NCBI GenBank assembly: GCA_963771075.1
Contig: CAVYSE010000003.1
Location: 288,001-352,000 of the forward strand
Source of the DNA: a candidate division FCPU426 bacterium
GTDB lineage: Bacteria; Oederibacteriota; Muellerivitia; Muellerivitales; Muellerivitaceae
Length of the DNA stretch: 64,000 nucleotides
Direction of reading: 5' to 3'
Positions 50,480 to 59,267 of the stretch are shown here, in pieces. A model generated the notes under the pieces. It did no database searches. It had not been told where the DNA came from and was given only the letters and a program-made list of their open reading frames with translations. The translations under genes and the position numbers were made by a program. Position 1 is the stretch's first letter, and every line of letters starts with the position of its first letter.

Positions 50480-51296
50480 TTAAAAACCTTCAGCGACGAT
50501 CTTGATGCTCATGGTGGGTTCGGACTTTCTCCGCTTGTAAACCACGTCTTCCATGTCTTCCAGTACCGGAATCACCGCCTCGCCCGTTCCAATCAGGCTC
50601 AAGTGAGCGGATTTCAGGGTGCCGGGATAGCTGTGCAAACCCGCGAAATGCTTGGGCGACTGGTGGATGTAGGTATAACCCTTGCGGATCGTACCGGCAG
50701 GCGGACTCGATTACGGGTTTCTGGTCGTCCTTGTTCAGGGCCTTGGTGAGCATGGTTTCCAGGCTGTCCTCATCCAGCTTCCTATCCGAGATATCAAAAA
50801 ACACGGTGGAAACGCAGTAGTTCTTTTTGGGGGCCATCCGGAACTTTTTGGAAGCGTCCTGCACGGAATGAAAAAGCTTGTCCGGTTCCTCCTGGTGGGC
50901 CATTTCCTTGCTGACGATCTCGCTCAAATGGGTGGACTTCACCGGCTTTCCGATGCGCTGGTTGGCAGCCTCAAACATCAGCCGGCCGTCCTTTTCGGGG
51001 CTGCAGGTATAGAGCTCGTCAATGAGGGTCTTGGTCTTGGGGTCATACATGAGTACCCGGTGGGATTCGGAAAGAATCCACGAGTATTTCAGCACATCCT
51101 CCGGGCCCACCCGGCCCAGGCCGGGGTAGGGGACGAAATCGAGGATGATGAAGTCGTTTTTCAGGAGGGTTTCGGTGCCGAAATCCAGCAAAGCCATGCA
51201 GCGTTTTTTGACATCTTCCGGGAAGGAGACGTTTTCATAAACCGAGAAGAGCCCCGTGCCCTTGGCGTATTTGGAATCGTCGATAATTTCGGGCAT
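50480..51296 (-). CDS. Hypothetical protein (probable frameshift near 50700)
   Basis: MPEIIDDSKYAKG...; an alternative frame GTIRKGYTYIH...IKIVAEGF* continues with typical codon usage. Confidence 0.65.
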
Positions 51297-51411
51297 GGGA
51301 TGTTCGCGTAACCTTGGATGAAGAGTGGACGTGTTTAAGCTTTTCAAAGTGAGTTCATTTTATGTAAATTTTTTTGAAATGCCTAAAAAATTCTTGGACA
51401 AAATGAATTTT

Positions 51412-52020
51412 TTACTTCCGGTTCATCTTCGATTCAAAATATTTTTTTACTCTCGAATGGCAAAAACAATTTACCGTGTGGTCATTCACCATGCCCACCG
51501 CCTGCATATGGGCATAGATCACCGTGGAGCCCAAGAATTTAAAACCCCGTTTTTTCAGGTCTTTAGCCCATAAATCAGCCAAAGGAATCATTGTTGGAAT
51601 GTCTTTGAGGGTCCTGACCTTGTGATCGATCGGCCGGCCCTTGACCCAACCCCACATATAGTTGGAAAAAGAGCCGAATTCCTTTTGTATTTCCATGAAT
51701 CGAACCGCGTTGTTGATGGCCGCCAAGATTTTAGCTTTATTCCTGACGATTCCAGCGTCTTTCACCAACCGGGATACTTCTTTTGATTTGAATCGGGCGA
51801 CTTTTCGGTAATCAAACCGGGCGAAACATTTGCGAAAGTTCTCCCTTTTGTGAAGAACGATACGCCAGGAAAGCCCAGCCTGGAAGGATTCCAGCACGAG
51901 GAACTCGAAAATCTTCCGGTCGTCATGGACGGGCCAGCCCCATTCTTCGTCGTGATAAGTGATCATCAATGGGTCTTCCGTACCAGGCCAAGGGCATCTT
52001 TGAATGGTTTGAGTGTTCAT
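51412..52020 (-). CDS. tag: DNA-3-methyladenine glycosylase I
   Basis: RCPW, YHDEEWG, LESFQAGLSW, GIVRN..KI, QAVGMVNDH..NC. Confidence 0.96.
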   Translation of the reverse strand: MNTQTIQRCPWPGTEDPLMITYHDEEWGWPVHDDRKIFEFLVLESFQAGLSWRIVLHKRENFRKCFARFDYRKVARFKSKEVSRLVKDAGIVRNKAKILAAINNAVRFMEIQKEFGSFSNYMWGWVKGRPIDHKVRTLKDIPTMIPLADLWAKDLKKRGFKFLGSTVIYAHMQAVGMVNDHTVNCFCHSRVKKYFESKMNRK

Positions 52021-52154
52021 TAGTTGTCCTTCAAGGGTGCTTTAAGTGAAAGCAGAATAACGGGGGTTGGATCAATTACCAATGGGCGAAGTTTAAATGG
52101 CTCCCCATTCCGTATTTTCGAACAATCAAATTCGAGGAAATTAGGGCTTAAAGC

Positions 52155-52550
52155 TTACCGCCCACCAATACACAAATTGTACTTCAATGGCTCAAGCAAT
52201 AGAAAATAGGCAAAAATTAAAGAGCTAATTGCCATAATTAAAAAATAAACCAACGACCTTGTTAAGGTTAAATTACGGGTTATGTAAAGGTAGCCAATAA
52301 TTAAAATGGACCAATGTATTAATGAGGTTTTCCAGCCAGAAATTCCAAAAGGATTTGGAATTCCAAATTTTTGGAAGTTTAATTCACTGTAAACTTGGCC
52401 GTAAGGGTTTGCTATAAATCCCGCAACTAAACCCAGTATTAAAATCCATTGATCCCACTTATCCGACGGATTAAAAGGTATTCCCTGAATGATAAGGAAG
52501 TACCAAATTCCGAATAAAAAAATTAAAGAAAGTAACGGAAAATAAATTAG
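52155..52550 (-). CDS. AT-rich 4-TM membrane protein missed by the ORF track (start codon lost or frameshifted)
   Basis: 131 open codons: LIYFPLLSLIFLFGIWYFLII...WILILGLVAGF...LIHWSILIIGYLYI...LVYFLIMAISSLIFAYFLLL...CIGGR*. Confidence 0.55.
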   Translation of the reverse strand, partial: LIYFPLLSLIFLFGIWYFLIIQGIPFNPSDKWDQWILILGLVAGFIANPYGQVYSELNFQKFGIPNPFGISGWKTSLIHWSILIIGYLYITRNLTLTRSLVYFLIMAISSLIFAYFLLLEPLKYNLCIGGR

Positions 52551-52740
52551 TCAGTTTTTTTACCCGAATTACTGTAACTTCCTTTTTGCTTGTGTAATTT
52601 TCCCTGAAGTGTTTACCATGTTTTGGTTGCACACCATCCTTTTTGCGACAGCCATGTACAGGCTTTTTATCTATGGATTTAATAAAAATCAATTTGTTCC
52701 AAATTCTTCAGCTCTTCAGAGATGAGAATGGAAAAGTAAC

Positions 52741-53202
52741 TTGGAAAAAAAGATTTATTATCGAACGGGATGGTTTCTCCTATCCGGGGCGGGTTTCTTT
52801 GTGTTTTTGTACCGCATATTTTTTTCAAGTGAAAAACTTATTTTTATGGATTATTTAGTTACTTTATTTGGTGGATTTATTTTTTCTTTTTCCCTATTTC
52901 ACGCTTTCTATCCAATATTGACCTATGACGAAAACGGGTGTGAAACAAATGTCTTTTTGCGAAGAAGAAAACACTACAAATGGATAGATGTTAAGGTGAT
53001 TTTCCGTGTCTCCTCGGACATAACCTGGATGAATGACAAGAGTGATAAAGGACCGATGTTAGGCGGAAAAATGTTTACGAGACATTACCAAGAACACATT
53101 ACAAGCATTGTTGAATTTGTCCAACGATGTAATCCAAATGCCAAAATCGATCCCTATATTCTTAAAACTATTGAGGAACGAAAGCACAAAAGCAAAGATT
53201 GA
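52741..53202 (+). CDS. AT-rich hypothetical protein, 2 N-terminal TM + soluble domain; immunity-like orphan
   Basis: 153 aa, TTG start, ILTYDENG...YKWIDV. Confidence 0.65.
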   Translation: MEKKIYYRTGWFLLSGAGFFVFLYRIFFSSEKLIFMDYLVTLFGGFIFSFSLFHAFYPILTYDENGCETNVFLRRRKHYKWIDVKVIFRVSSDITWMNDKSDKGPMLGGKMFTRHYQEHITSIVEFVQRCNPNAKIDPYILKTIEERKHKSKD

Positions 53203-53268
53203 TTAATTTATGGGGATGAAATTCATTTTTTGACAGTTTAAGAAAGAAAGGGGTTCGGAAAAAACGAA

Positions 53269-53970
53269 ATGATTTTTAAAAGTTTTAAAACATATTTTAA
53301 ACCCCTTGTACTAGTTATGGCTCTTCAGCCATTTCCCTCGATGGTCCTTTTGGCCGCCACCGCCGATGAATGGCCCATGTTCAAAAATGACTTGGGGCAT
53401 ACGTCCGTTAATGCTTCCGACAGCCTCCAAGCCCCCTTCTCCCTTCTGTGGAGCAGTTCCTCCGTCATCGGCGCCACCAATTCCGTGGCTTATTCCTCGC
53501 CCGTCATGTGGAACGGCAAAACCTATATCGGCGGTGTGGATGGTACTCTTTACGCTTTCGCTGGGGCGGTCACTACCTCGGCCAACCCGCCTCTTTGGAG
53601 CTTTAAAACCACGGGCCTGATTTACGGGTCGGCGGCGGTCACCAGCCTGGTTTCAGGGGGGGTAACAAATGATTATGTCTATGTGGGCGCTACCGACGGA
53701 AATTTGTACTGTTTGGATTCTATGACATCGCCAGGGAATACCTTCGTATGGACTGCCCCGCTAGGGGGGGCTATCTTTACTTCTCCCCTCATCGTTCCCG
53801 AAGCCTCGGGCACTTTGGTGATCTGCGCTTCCCATTCAGGCATTTTGAATGCCTATAACGCCCTGACCGGTGCTGCGGCCTGGACCGCCCCGGCCACGAT
53901 AACCACCAACTTCCTTTTTTCATCCCCGGCTTATGACGCCACTAATGACCAGGTTCTTGAGCCTTCCTAG
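53269..53970 (+). pseudogene. Secreted PQQ-like beta-propeller protein, truncated at the transposase inverted repeat
   Basis: Signal peptide, DEWPMF, SSPV..GKTYIGG.DG.LYA, VYVGATDGNLYCLD repeats; stop lies inside the IR. Confidence 0.75.
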
Positions 53971-54989
53971 AAACATTGGGTCAGGTCTTCATTTTATATT
54001 ACCTATCCGGACCTTGAACCGCGTCTCTCCCTCCATCCGCTTCTTTACCATCGCTATCCGGTTCCCCACTGCCGAATATTTTACACCAAATTTTTCCGCG
54101 ATCTCTTTCAGGCCCAGGTGCGCTCTTTTTCGAAGTAGGTACATACCAACGTCCCTCGCCTCGTTGGCCTTGTGGAACTTAGTCGTGATTTCCTTTTCCT
54201 CAACCTTATATGCTTTCGAGACCTTTTGGATAACATCTTCCGCCGTACGTTTCTCGATCCGATGGTGTTTCATCGGTATTTCCGGGTCTTTCTTATCCAA
54301 CAACCCCTTTAATTTCTCCTTTAGACCCTCACCCCCGTAATAAACCCCACCCTCCATCTTTTCCCATGGCGATTCCTTTTTTCGCAACCCTTCCAATACG
54401 AACTTCCGATAGGCTCTTTGGGCTTGCTTGGATTGCCTGCCAAATTGCCCCAATACCCAATCCACCTCAAACCAAGGTTCTTTCTTCTCGATCCCGGCCG
54501 TCGCCCGATAGCTGCTCCACTTCCATTTCCGGGGATGTTTCACCAACCGCGCTCTTACCGGGTTCAAGACCACATATCGGCACAACTCCAACAAATGGGT
54601 TCCCTTTTCCACGTGGATCGCCTTATAACGGCCTTGAAAGAGATGCCCTACCCGGTTATTCCGTCGATTGAATTTCTGGGTATAAACACCATTCAGGTGC
54701 CGTATGGCCCGTGACAAGTTGGCTTCCGGCGTCTCCACCAACAAGTGGTAATGATTATCCATCAATACCCAGGCATGGCACATCACATGATGATCCTCCA
54801 CGACTTGGGCCAATACCCACAAAAACAATTCCCGGTCCTTATCCGACCGGACAATGTTTTTCCGCTCGTTCCCCCGCGAGGTAACGTGATAAACAGCGCC
54901 TTCATAATGCACTCTAAACGGTCTAGCCATTTGCGGATCTTATCATAAAGATAATATAAAATGAAGACCTGACCCCATTGTTCTTGGAA
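53964..54989. mobile_element. RAYT-like element bounded by inverted repeats
   Basis: Perfect 24-bp IR GGGTCAGGTCTTCATTTTATATTA at 53978-54001 and 54952-54975, imperfectly extending about 14 bp outward. Confidence 0.75.
53989..54930 (-). CDS. REP-associated tyrosine (Y1/HUH) transposase with C-terminal HTH
   Basis: MARP.R...GAVYHVTSRGN, MDNHYHLL (HUH), GHLFQGRY, YVVLNPVRA, WSSY; DnaA-C-like HTH tail. Confidence 0.93.
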   Translation of the reverse strand: MARPFRVHYEGAVYHVTSRGNERKNIVRSDKDRELFLWVLAQVVEDHHVMCHAWVLMDNHYHLLVETPEANLSRAIRHLNGVYTQKFNRRNNRVGHLFQGRYKAIHVEKGTHLLELCRYVVLNPVRARLVKHPRKWKWSSYRATAGIEKKEPWFEVDWVLGQFGRQSKQAQRAYRKFVLEGLRKKESPWEKMEGGVYYGGEGLKEKLKGLLDKKDPEIPMKHHRIEKRTAEDVIQKVSKAYKVEEKEITTKFHKANEARDVGMYLLRKRAHLGLKEIAEKFGVKYSAVGNRIAMVKKRMEGETRFKVRIGNIK

Positions 54990-55806
54990 TGGTCTTGTTC
55001 TTTAGTAAAGCCTTAATAAGTGAAAATGTTTTAGTGTTAGTGAATGTCTTCGCACGGCTCATTTCACGGATGTAGGCGAGGGCTACAGCCCCATATTGCT
55101 GACTAGACCCTCCGTGTTCCGTGTATCTCTTTGTGCCGTATTTTTCCAACACTTCTTTGAGGATTTGTATTTTTTCTTCTAATGAGAGAGGACAGGCCTT
55201 GAATTTCACAAGCAAGGCCTCCGGATGGGACAAGCCATATTCTCCAAACTTGGTCACTTGATATTCCGAATTTAGAAATTCTTTCAAGATTTCATCCGAA
55301 ACTTCACACAACTTTTCCTTTTGTTGTGTATCGCGGTAAAGTTCTAACAAATATAGGTAAGCTTCTTCCTTGACCGGAACCGGTTTGGAACCAACAATCA
55401 AGCCTTTCACGCAATCATCCGGAAGTAGAATGATTTTATTCAGGTAGCGTTCCTTCTTTTTCAGTTCGCTTCCTTCTGCTATCTCGAAATAGATCGAGGG
55501 TTTCATTGCCTGGCCTGGGATCATAAAGGGTTCCAGCCAGGGGCGCCTTTTGTATGTCTCTGAAACAGATTCCATAAATTTGTTACTCGGGAATTTTGGA
55601 TTCTTGAATTTATTTAATATTTCGAGAAAGTTCTTTTCGGAACCTGCTTTCACATATTCGACAAAAGCCCGTTCATCGGAATTCAAAGTCGTGTTCTGTG
55701 GTTGGATCAGGACAGTCGGGCTTGGAAGAGGCTGGGTTTGGGAATGAGTCAATGCCATCCCGGAAAATAATAAGATGGCCATAGAAAACAAAATATTTCT
55801 TTTCAT
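54943..55806 (-). CDS. Secreted hypothetical protein (C-terminus reads into the transposase IR)
   Basis: GAGG SD, signal peptide MKRNILFSMAILLFSGMA; ends ...TMGSGLHFILSL, which is encoded by the IR. Confidence 0.7.
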   Translation of the reverse strand: MKRNILFSMAILLFSGMALTHSQTQPLPSPTVLIQPQNTTLNSDERAFVEYVKAGSEKNFLEILNKFKNPKFPSNKFMESVSETYKRRPWLEPFMIPGQAMKPSIYFEIAEGSELKKKERYLNKIILLPDDCVKGLIVGSKPVPVKEEAYLYLLELYRDTQQKEKLCEVSDEILKEFLNSEYQVTKFGEYGLSHPEALLVKFKACPLSLEEKIQILKEVLEKYGTKRYTEHGGSSQQYGAVALAYIREMSRAKTFTNTKTFSLIKALLKNKTIPRTMGSGLHFILSL

Positions 55807-55904
55807 AAATTTACAACCTCGCAATATCTCTTCAATAAATTGTTTCGACCGAGCAATTGTTGACTTACAAGGCCGTTATTTCACCTCTTTGAAGTTAAAG
55901 GGGT

Positions 55905-55932
55905 CTTACACGACGAGTCCCCGTCGTGGACA
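55905..55932 (-). repeat. Cassette-boundary site A (11-6-11)
   Basis: TGTCCACGACG GGGACT CGTCGTGTAAG, 35 nt after the hepT stop. Confidence 0.8.
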
Positions 55933-55967
55933 GGTTGTTTTGACCAATTAAATCTGAATCCTCGTGC

Positions 55968-56306
55968 TTAAACCTCAGCTAGGTATTTTTCTAAGACTGG
56001 GATTAGTGGGGGAAATTCACGGAAGACAACGCCCAAAACAACACCGTAATCCACGCTCAAATAATCGTGAACAATTTTATGGCGCGTTCCGATGATTTTT
56101 TCCCATGGAATATTGGGGTGGGCAGATTGATAGGCGGGGCTGACATGTCGGGCGGCCTCCCCGAAAGTTTGAACGTAATGAGCCAGAACGATACAAAAGT
56201 CCTCGTCCGATTCGCAGTTTTCTTGTTTTTTACCTTGGATTTTCAGAACGGCTTTTTTGGCCGTATCCAACATGTGACCGATGTAAACCCGGTCATCCCT
56301 CTGCAT
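55968..56306 (-). CDS. hepT: HepT-like (DUF86/HEPN) toxin
   Basis: IPW..I.G.RHKIVHDY (RX4HXY motif). Confidence 0.9.
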   Translation of the reverse strand: MQRDDRVYIGHMLDTAKKAVLKIQGKKQENCESDEDFCIVLAHYVQTFGEAARHVSPAYQSAHPNIPWEKIIGTRHKIVHDYLSVDYGVVLGVVFREFPPLIPVLEKYLAEV

Positions 56307-56592
56307 ATTGGACTTCCGCCGAATTCAGGACTCGTTCCCGCAAGCGTGGATTTAGGTACTTTTCCGTTATCAAATCCACTTCACGCCCAAACAAGCCCGA
56401 CAATTCCTTTTCGATATCGATAACCTCGAAACCAACAATCTGACCCGGTTGGTATTGAACCAGAACGTCCACATCGCTGTCGGGGCTGAAGTCATCCCGC
56501 AAGACCGATCCAAAAAGGGATAGCTTTTGGATGTGGTGTCTTCGGCATATTTCAGCGATTTTTTCTTTATCTATTCGAATTGTAGTTTTCAT
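56293..56592 (-). CDS. mntA: Minimal nucleotidyltransferase antitoxin
   Basis: LFGSVLRDDFSPDSDVD (GSX10DXD); overlaps hepT. Confidence 0.92.
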   Translation of the reverse strand: MKTTIRIDKEKIAEICRRHHIQKLSLFGSVLRDDFSPDSDVDVLVQYQPGQIVGFEVIDIEKELSGLFGREVDLITEKYLNPRLRERVLNSAEVQYAEG

Positions 56593-56725
56593 TTCAATGG
56601 CCTCTTGGGCTGCTCCTCAATGATTAAAGGCATTTTATGCCTGATCCATTAGGGCAACAAGTGCCTGGCAGTTAGTAGCCCTTTGCGATATAACCAGCCC
56701 AGAAGGGGTTGGTTTCCCTTTCAAT

Positions 56726-56896
56726 TTAGGTGTCCACTTTCACATATTCGGCAAATGCCAGTTCATCGGGATTTAATGTTGTGTTCTTTGGTTGAACCAT
56801 GACAGTCGGGCTTGGTAGTGGCTGGGTTTGGGGATGAGTCAATACCATCCCGGAAAATAATAAGATGGCCATAGAAAACATAATGTTTCTTTTCAT
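56726..56896 (-). pseudogene. Truncated diverged allele of the 54943-55806 gene
   Basis: MKRNIMFSMAILLFSGMVLTHPQTQPLPSPT...EYVK|VDT*; SD changed from GAGG to GATG. Confidence 0.8.
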
Positions 56897-56995
56897 AAAT
56901 TTACAACATCGCAATATCTCTTCAATAAATTGCTTCGACCCTAGCAATTGTTGACTCACAAGGCCGTTATTTCACCTCTTTGAAGTTAAAAAGGT

Positions 56996-57023
56996 CGTCT
57001 ACGACGGGTCCCCATCGTGGACA
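56996..57023 (-). repeat. Cassette-boundary site B (11-6-11)
   Basis: TGTCCACGATG GGGACC CGTCGTAGACG, 50 nt after the hflX stop. Confidence 0.85.
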
Positions 57024-57073
57024 ATTTCTTATCGACCGAGCTTGCGAACTCGTCCGGCACACACCGTGGGGCA

Positions 57074-58390
57074 CTACTTCATCATTTTACTCAAGCGTTG
57101 AAGGTCAATCGGACGCGAGCGAACAAGAAGCAGGACGCCTTCTTCGGTAAAGCTTTCCTTCAAAATTTTCATATTCAAACGCAATTCTTTGAAGGCGCCT
57201 TGGGCTTTATAGGGAACGAGAATCTCCTTTTCCATCATGTCTTTCTCGAAAAAATGAATAATACGTTCACTCACGATCTGCATGTCCTCAGGGCTGCGGG
57301 TCGAGGTTAAAACCGCGTCCGGATACTCCGCCCCGAGAACCTTCTTCTGCCATTCGCTCAAGCAGTCGGCTTTATTGAGGAGAAGAAGATAGGGCGTTTT
57401 GTCGGCGCCAATCTCACCTAAGACTTCCCGAACCACCGCGAGCTGGGAACGAAAGTTGCGGTCAGCGGCATCCACCACGTAAAGAAGCAGGGCCGCGCCG
57501 CGGGCCTCCTCCAGCGTGGCGCGGAAGGACGCCACCAGATCGTGTGGAAGCTTGTGGATAAAACCCACTGTATCGGTGATCAGGATTCTCGGCTGGGTCT
57601 CGGGTTGCAGGGCGTGGATCGTCGTATCCAGGGTCGCGAAGAGCTTGTCCTCCACCAGGACGTCGCTGCCGGTCAGCGCCCGCATGAGGGATGATTTTCC
57701 GGCATTCGTGTAGCCCACGAGCGCGGCGCCGAGCAGTTCCGCGCGTTTCATCCGGCGTTGCTCCTCTTCCCTTTGAACCGCTTCTAACTCGCGCCTCAAC
57801 TCCGCCAGGCGGTCGCGGACTTTGCGCTTTTCCGTCTCGATGATGGTTTCCCCGGATCCTCGTCCAGACTGGCGTTCCTTCCCTACCCCCGTATCCCTGA
57901 GACGGGGAGCCTGATAGGTTTGGCGCGCGATATCGACCTGGAGCCGCGCGGCCCGGGTCTTCGCGTGTCGGTTGAAAATATCGATAATCACCCCGGTCCG
58001 ATCGAACACCGGAACCCCCAAAGCCTCTTCGACGTTGCGAATCTGGGACGGGCTCAAATCGCAGTCAAAAGCCACCATCTCCGGTCCTTCGGGAGCCGGG
58101 GCTGTAGCTGGCGGCTGTTGTGGCGCGACCGAGTTCCCCTGGACCCTGTCCCGGTAGCCCTTTCCGCCGGTGAGGTGGGCGAGCTCCCTCAGTTTTCCCT
58201 CACCGATCACAGTGACCCCCGATGTGGTGGGTTTCCGCTGGGACATCGTGCCGACCACCTCGTATCCCAGGGTCGTCACCAGCCGCTCGAGCTCGATCAA
58301 CGATTCCGTCGCTTCGTTATCAGTCACCTTGGGCGTTCTGACCGAAAACAGGAGTGCTTTCGGATGCGTGTTTGTCAGCGGGGATTCCAT
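57074..58390 (-). CDS. hflX: Ribosome-splitting GTPase HflX
   Basis: DRTGVIIDIF..HA.T..ARLQV, G1 VGYTNAGKS, LFATLD, DTVG, NKAD. Confidence 0.96.
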   Translation of the reverse strand: MESPLTNTHPKALLFSVRTPKVTDNEATESLIELERLVTTLGYEVVGTMSQRKPTTSGVTVIGEGKLRELAHLTGGKGYRDRVQGNSVAPQQPPATAPAPEGPEMVAFDCDLSPSQIRNVEEALGVPVFDRTGVIIDIFNRHAKTRAARLQVDIARQTYQAPRLRDTGVGKERQSGRGSGETIIETEKRKVRDRLAELRRELEAVQREEEQRRMKRAELLGAALVGYTNAGKSSLMRALTGSDVLVEDKLFATLDTTIHALQPETQPRILITDTVGFIHKLPHDLVASFRATLEEARGAALLLYVVDAADRNFRSQLAVVREVLGEIGADKTPYLLLLNKADCLSEWQKKVLGAEYPDAVLTSTRSPEDMQIVSERIIHFFEKDMMEKEILVPYKAQGAFKELRLNMKILKESFTEEGVLLLVRSRPIDLQRLSKMMK

Positions 58391-58501
58391 TTACAGCCTC
58401 GATTGAATTCTATTAACTTTTTTATCTATTCGGTTTACATCCGCAAAGGGGTTAGGTTACCCGCACCGCAGCGGGTAACCGTGACCCGAATCCATTTTCC
58501 T

Positions 58502-58529
58502 TGTCCAATCCAGGTCCCCATCGTGGACA
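58502..58529 (-). repeat. Cassette-boundary site C (11-6-11)
   Basis: TGTCCACGATG GGGACC TGGATTGGACA, 8 nt after the vapC stop. Confidence 0.85.
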
Positions 58530-58537
58530 AAAACCAA

Positions 58538-58927
58538 TCAAAAGAATTGGTGCTGAAGGCCCTTTATCTTTTTGAAATGTTGGTCCTTGGTCCAAAGGGT
58601 TTGATGGTTGGAAGTGGCCAAAGTGGCAATAAGAATGTCGCTCAGTGGAAGCGTAATACCGTGTTTGCGCAAATCGTAGGAAATTCTGCCGGATTCAAAA
58701 TGAACTTCCGCGCTCGCCTCCAGGAAATACAAACCTTTTAGGTTCTCTTCCAGGAATGAAAACTCCTCCAGATCAGCGGCTCCCTGCAAGACCTCGAAAA
58801 CGACGATTCCGCAAGTAGATATGGAACCCCGTTTTAAATGTTTGACGATTTTTTCCCCGGTTTCACTGCCTGGTTTCCGGAAATAATCGATCCAAACGGA
58901 CGTATCGATAAGGATCTCAGCGGGCAT
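58538..58927 (-). CDS. vapC: PIN-domain toxin
   Basis: ILIDTSVWID, E.LQG, SDILIA, TKDQHF acidic PIN residues. Confidence 0.92.
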   Translation of the reverse strand: MPAEILIDTSVWIDYFRKPGSETGEKIVKHLKRGSISTCGIVVFEVLQGAADLEEFSFLEENLKGLYFLEASAEVHFESGRISYDLRKHGITLPLSDILIATLATSNHQTLWTKDQHFKKIKGLQHQFF

Positions 58928-59123
58928 GGAGTTCTAGCTTCCGCAATTCGGTTGAAACGTCTTTCACCCTCAAACGTCCCCTCGCGGAAATAAGGTTATC
59001 CAATCTTCTCCGCCGAACGAAATCTTCGATAGCTGTCTCGATGGCCTGGGTTTTTGAGGCCCATTTTTCCATGGACATGAGTTCTTTGATCAGGTGGTTT
59101 GAAAGTTCGAGGGTCGTTCGCAT
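58917..59123 (-). CDS. vapB: VapB-type (RHH) antitoxin
   Basis: MRTTLEL..L..E.M...SKT.AI..A; overlaps vapC; AAGGAG SD. Confidence 0.88.
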   Translation of the reverse strand: MRTTLELSNHLIKELMSMEKWASKTQAIETAIEDFVRRRRLDNLISARGRLRVKDVSTELRKLELHAR

Positions 59124-59133
59124 GGCAGGCTCC

Positions 59134-59188
59134 TTAATGCATAATATTTGTATGCATTAATCATATGCATCTGGTAGACAGGGGTCAA
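59134..59188 (-). promoter_or_regulatory. vapBC sigma70 promoter with palindromic operator
   Basis: TTGACC-17 nt-TATGAT; perfect IR TTAATGCATA-N7-TATGCATTAA at 59134-59160. Confidence 0.75.
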
Positions 59189-59197
59189 GGTTCACTT

Positions 59198-59262
59198 TGT
59201 TTACGAAGGGTCCCTGTCATGTAGCATGCGCTTGCGCTTAGCTACATGGCCCATCGTGGACA
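59198..59262 (-). repeat. Cassette-boundary site D, interrupted by a 37-nt hairpin insertion
   Basis: TGTCCACGATG [37 nt] GGGACC CTTCGTAAACA, 5 nt after the stop of the 59268 gene. Confidence 0.8.
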
Positions 59263-59267
59263 AACCC

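Noticed and set aside
55905..59262. Sites A-D as integron attC sites or canonical dif/pdif
   Set aside because: No RYYYAAC...GTTRRRY cores, too short for attC, no intI in the window, and no similarity to the TTATGTTAAAT XerD arm.
55905..59262. Sites A-D as a CRISPR array or as simple intrinsic terminators
   Set aside because: The intervening segments are 0.7-1.5 kb of genes and there are no cas genes. Primary sequence is conserved while stem pairing is poor in site C, and C and D lack a U-tract directly after the stem. A secondary terminator role for A and B is not excluded.
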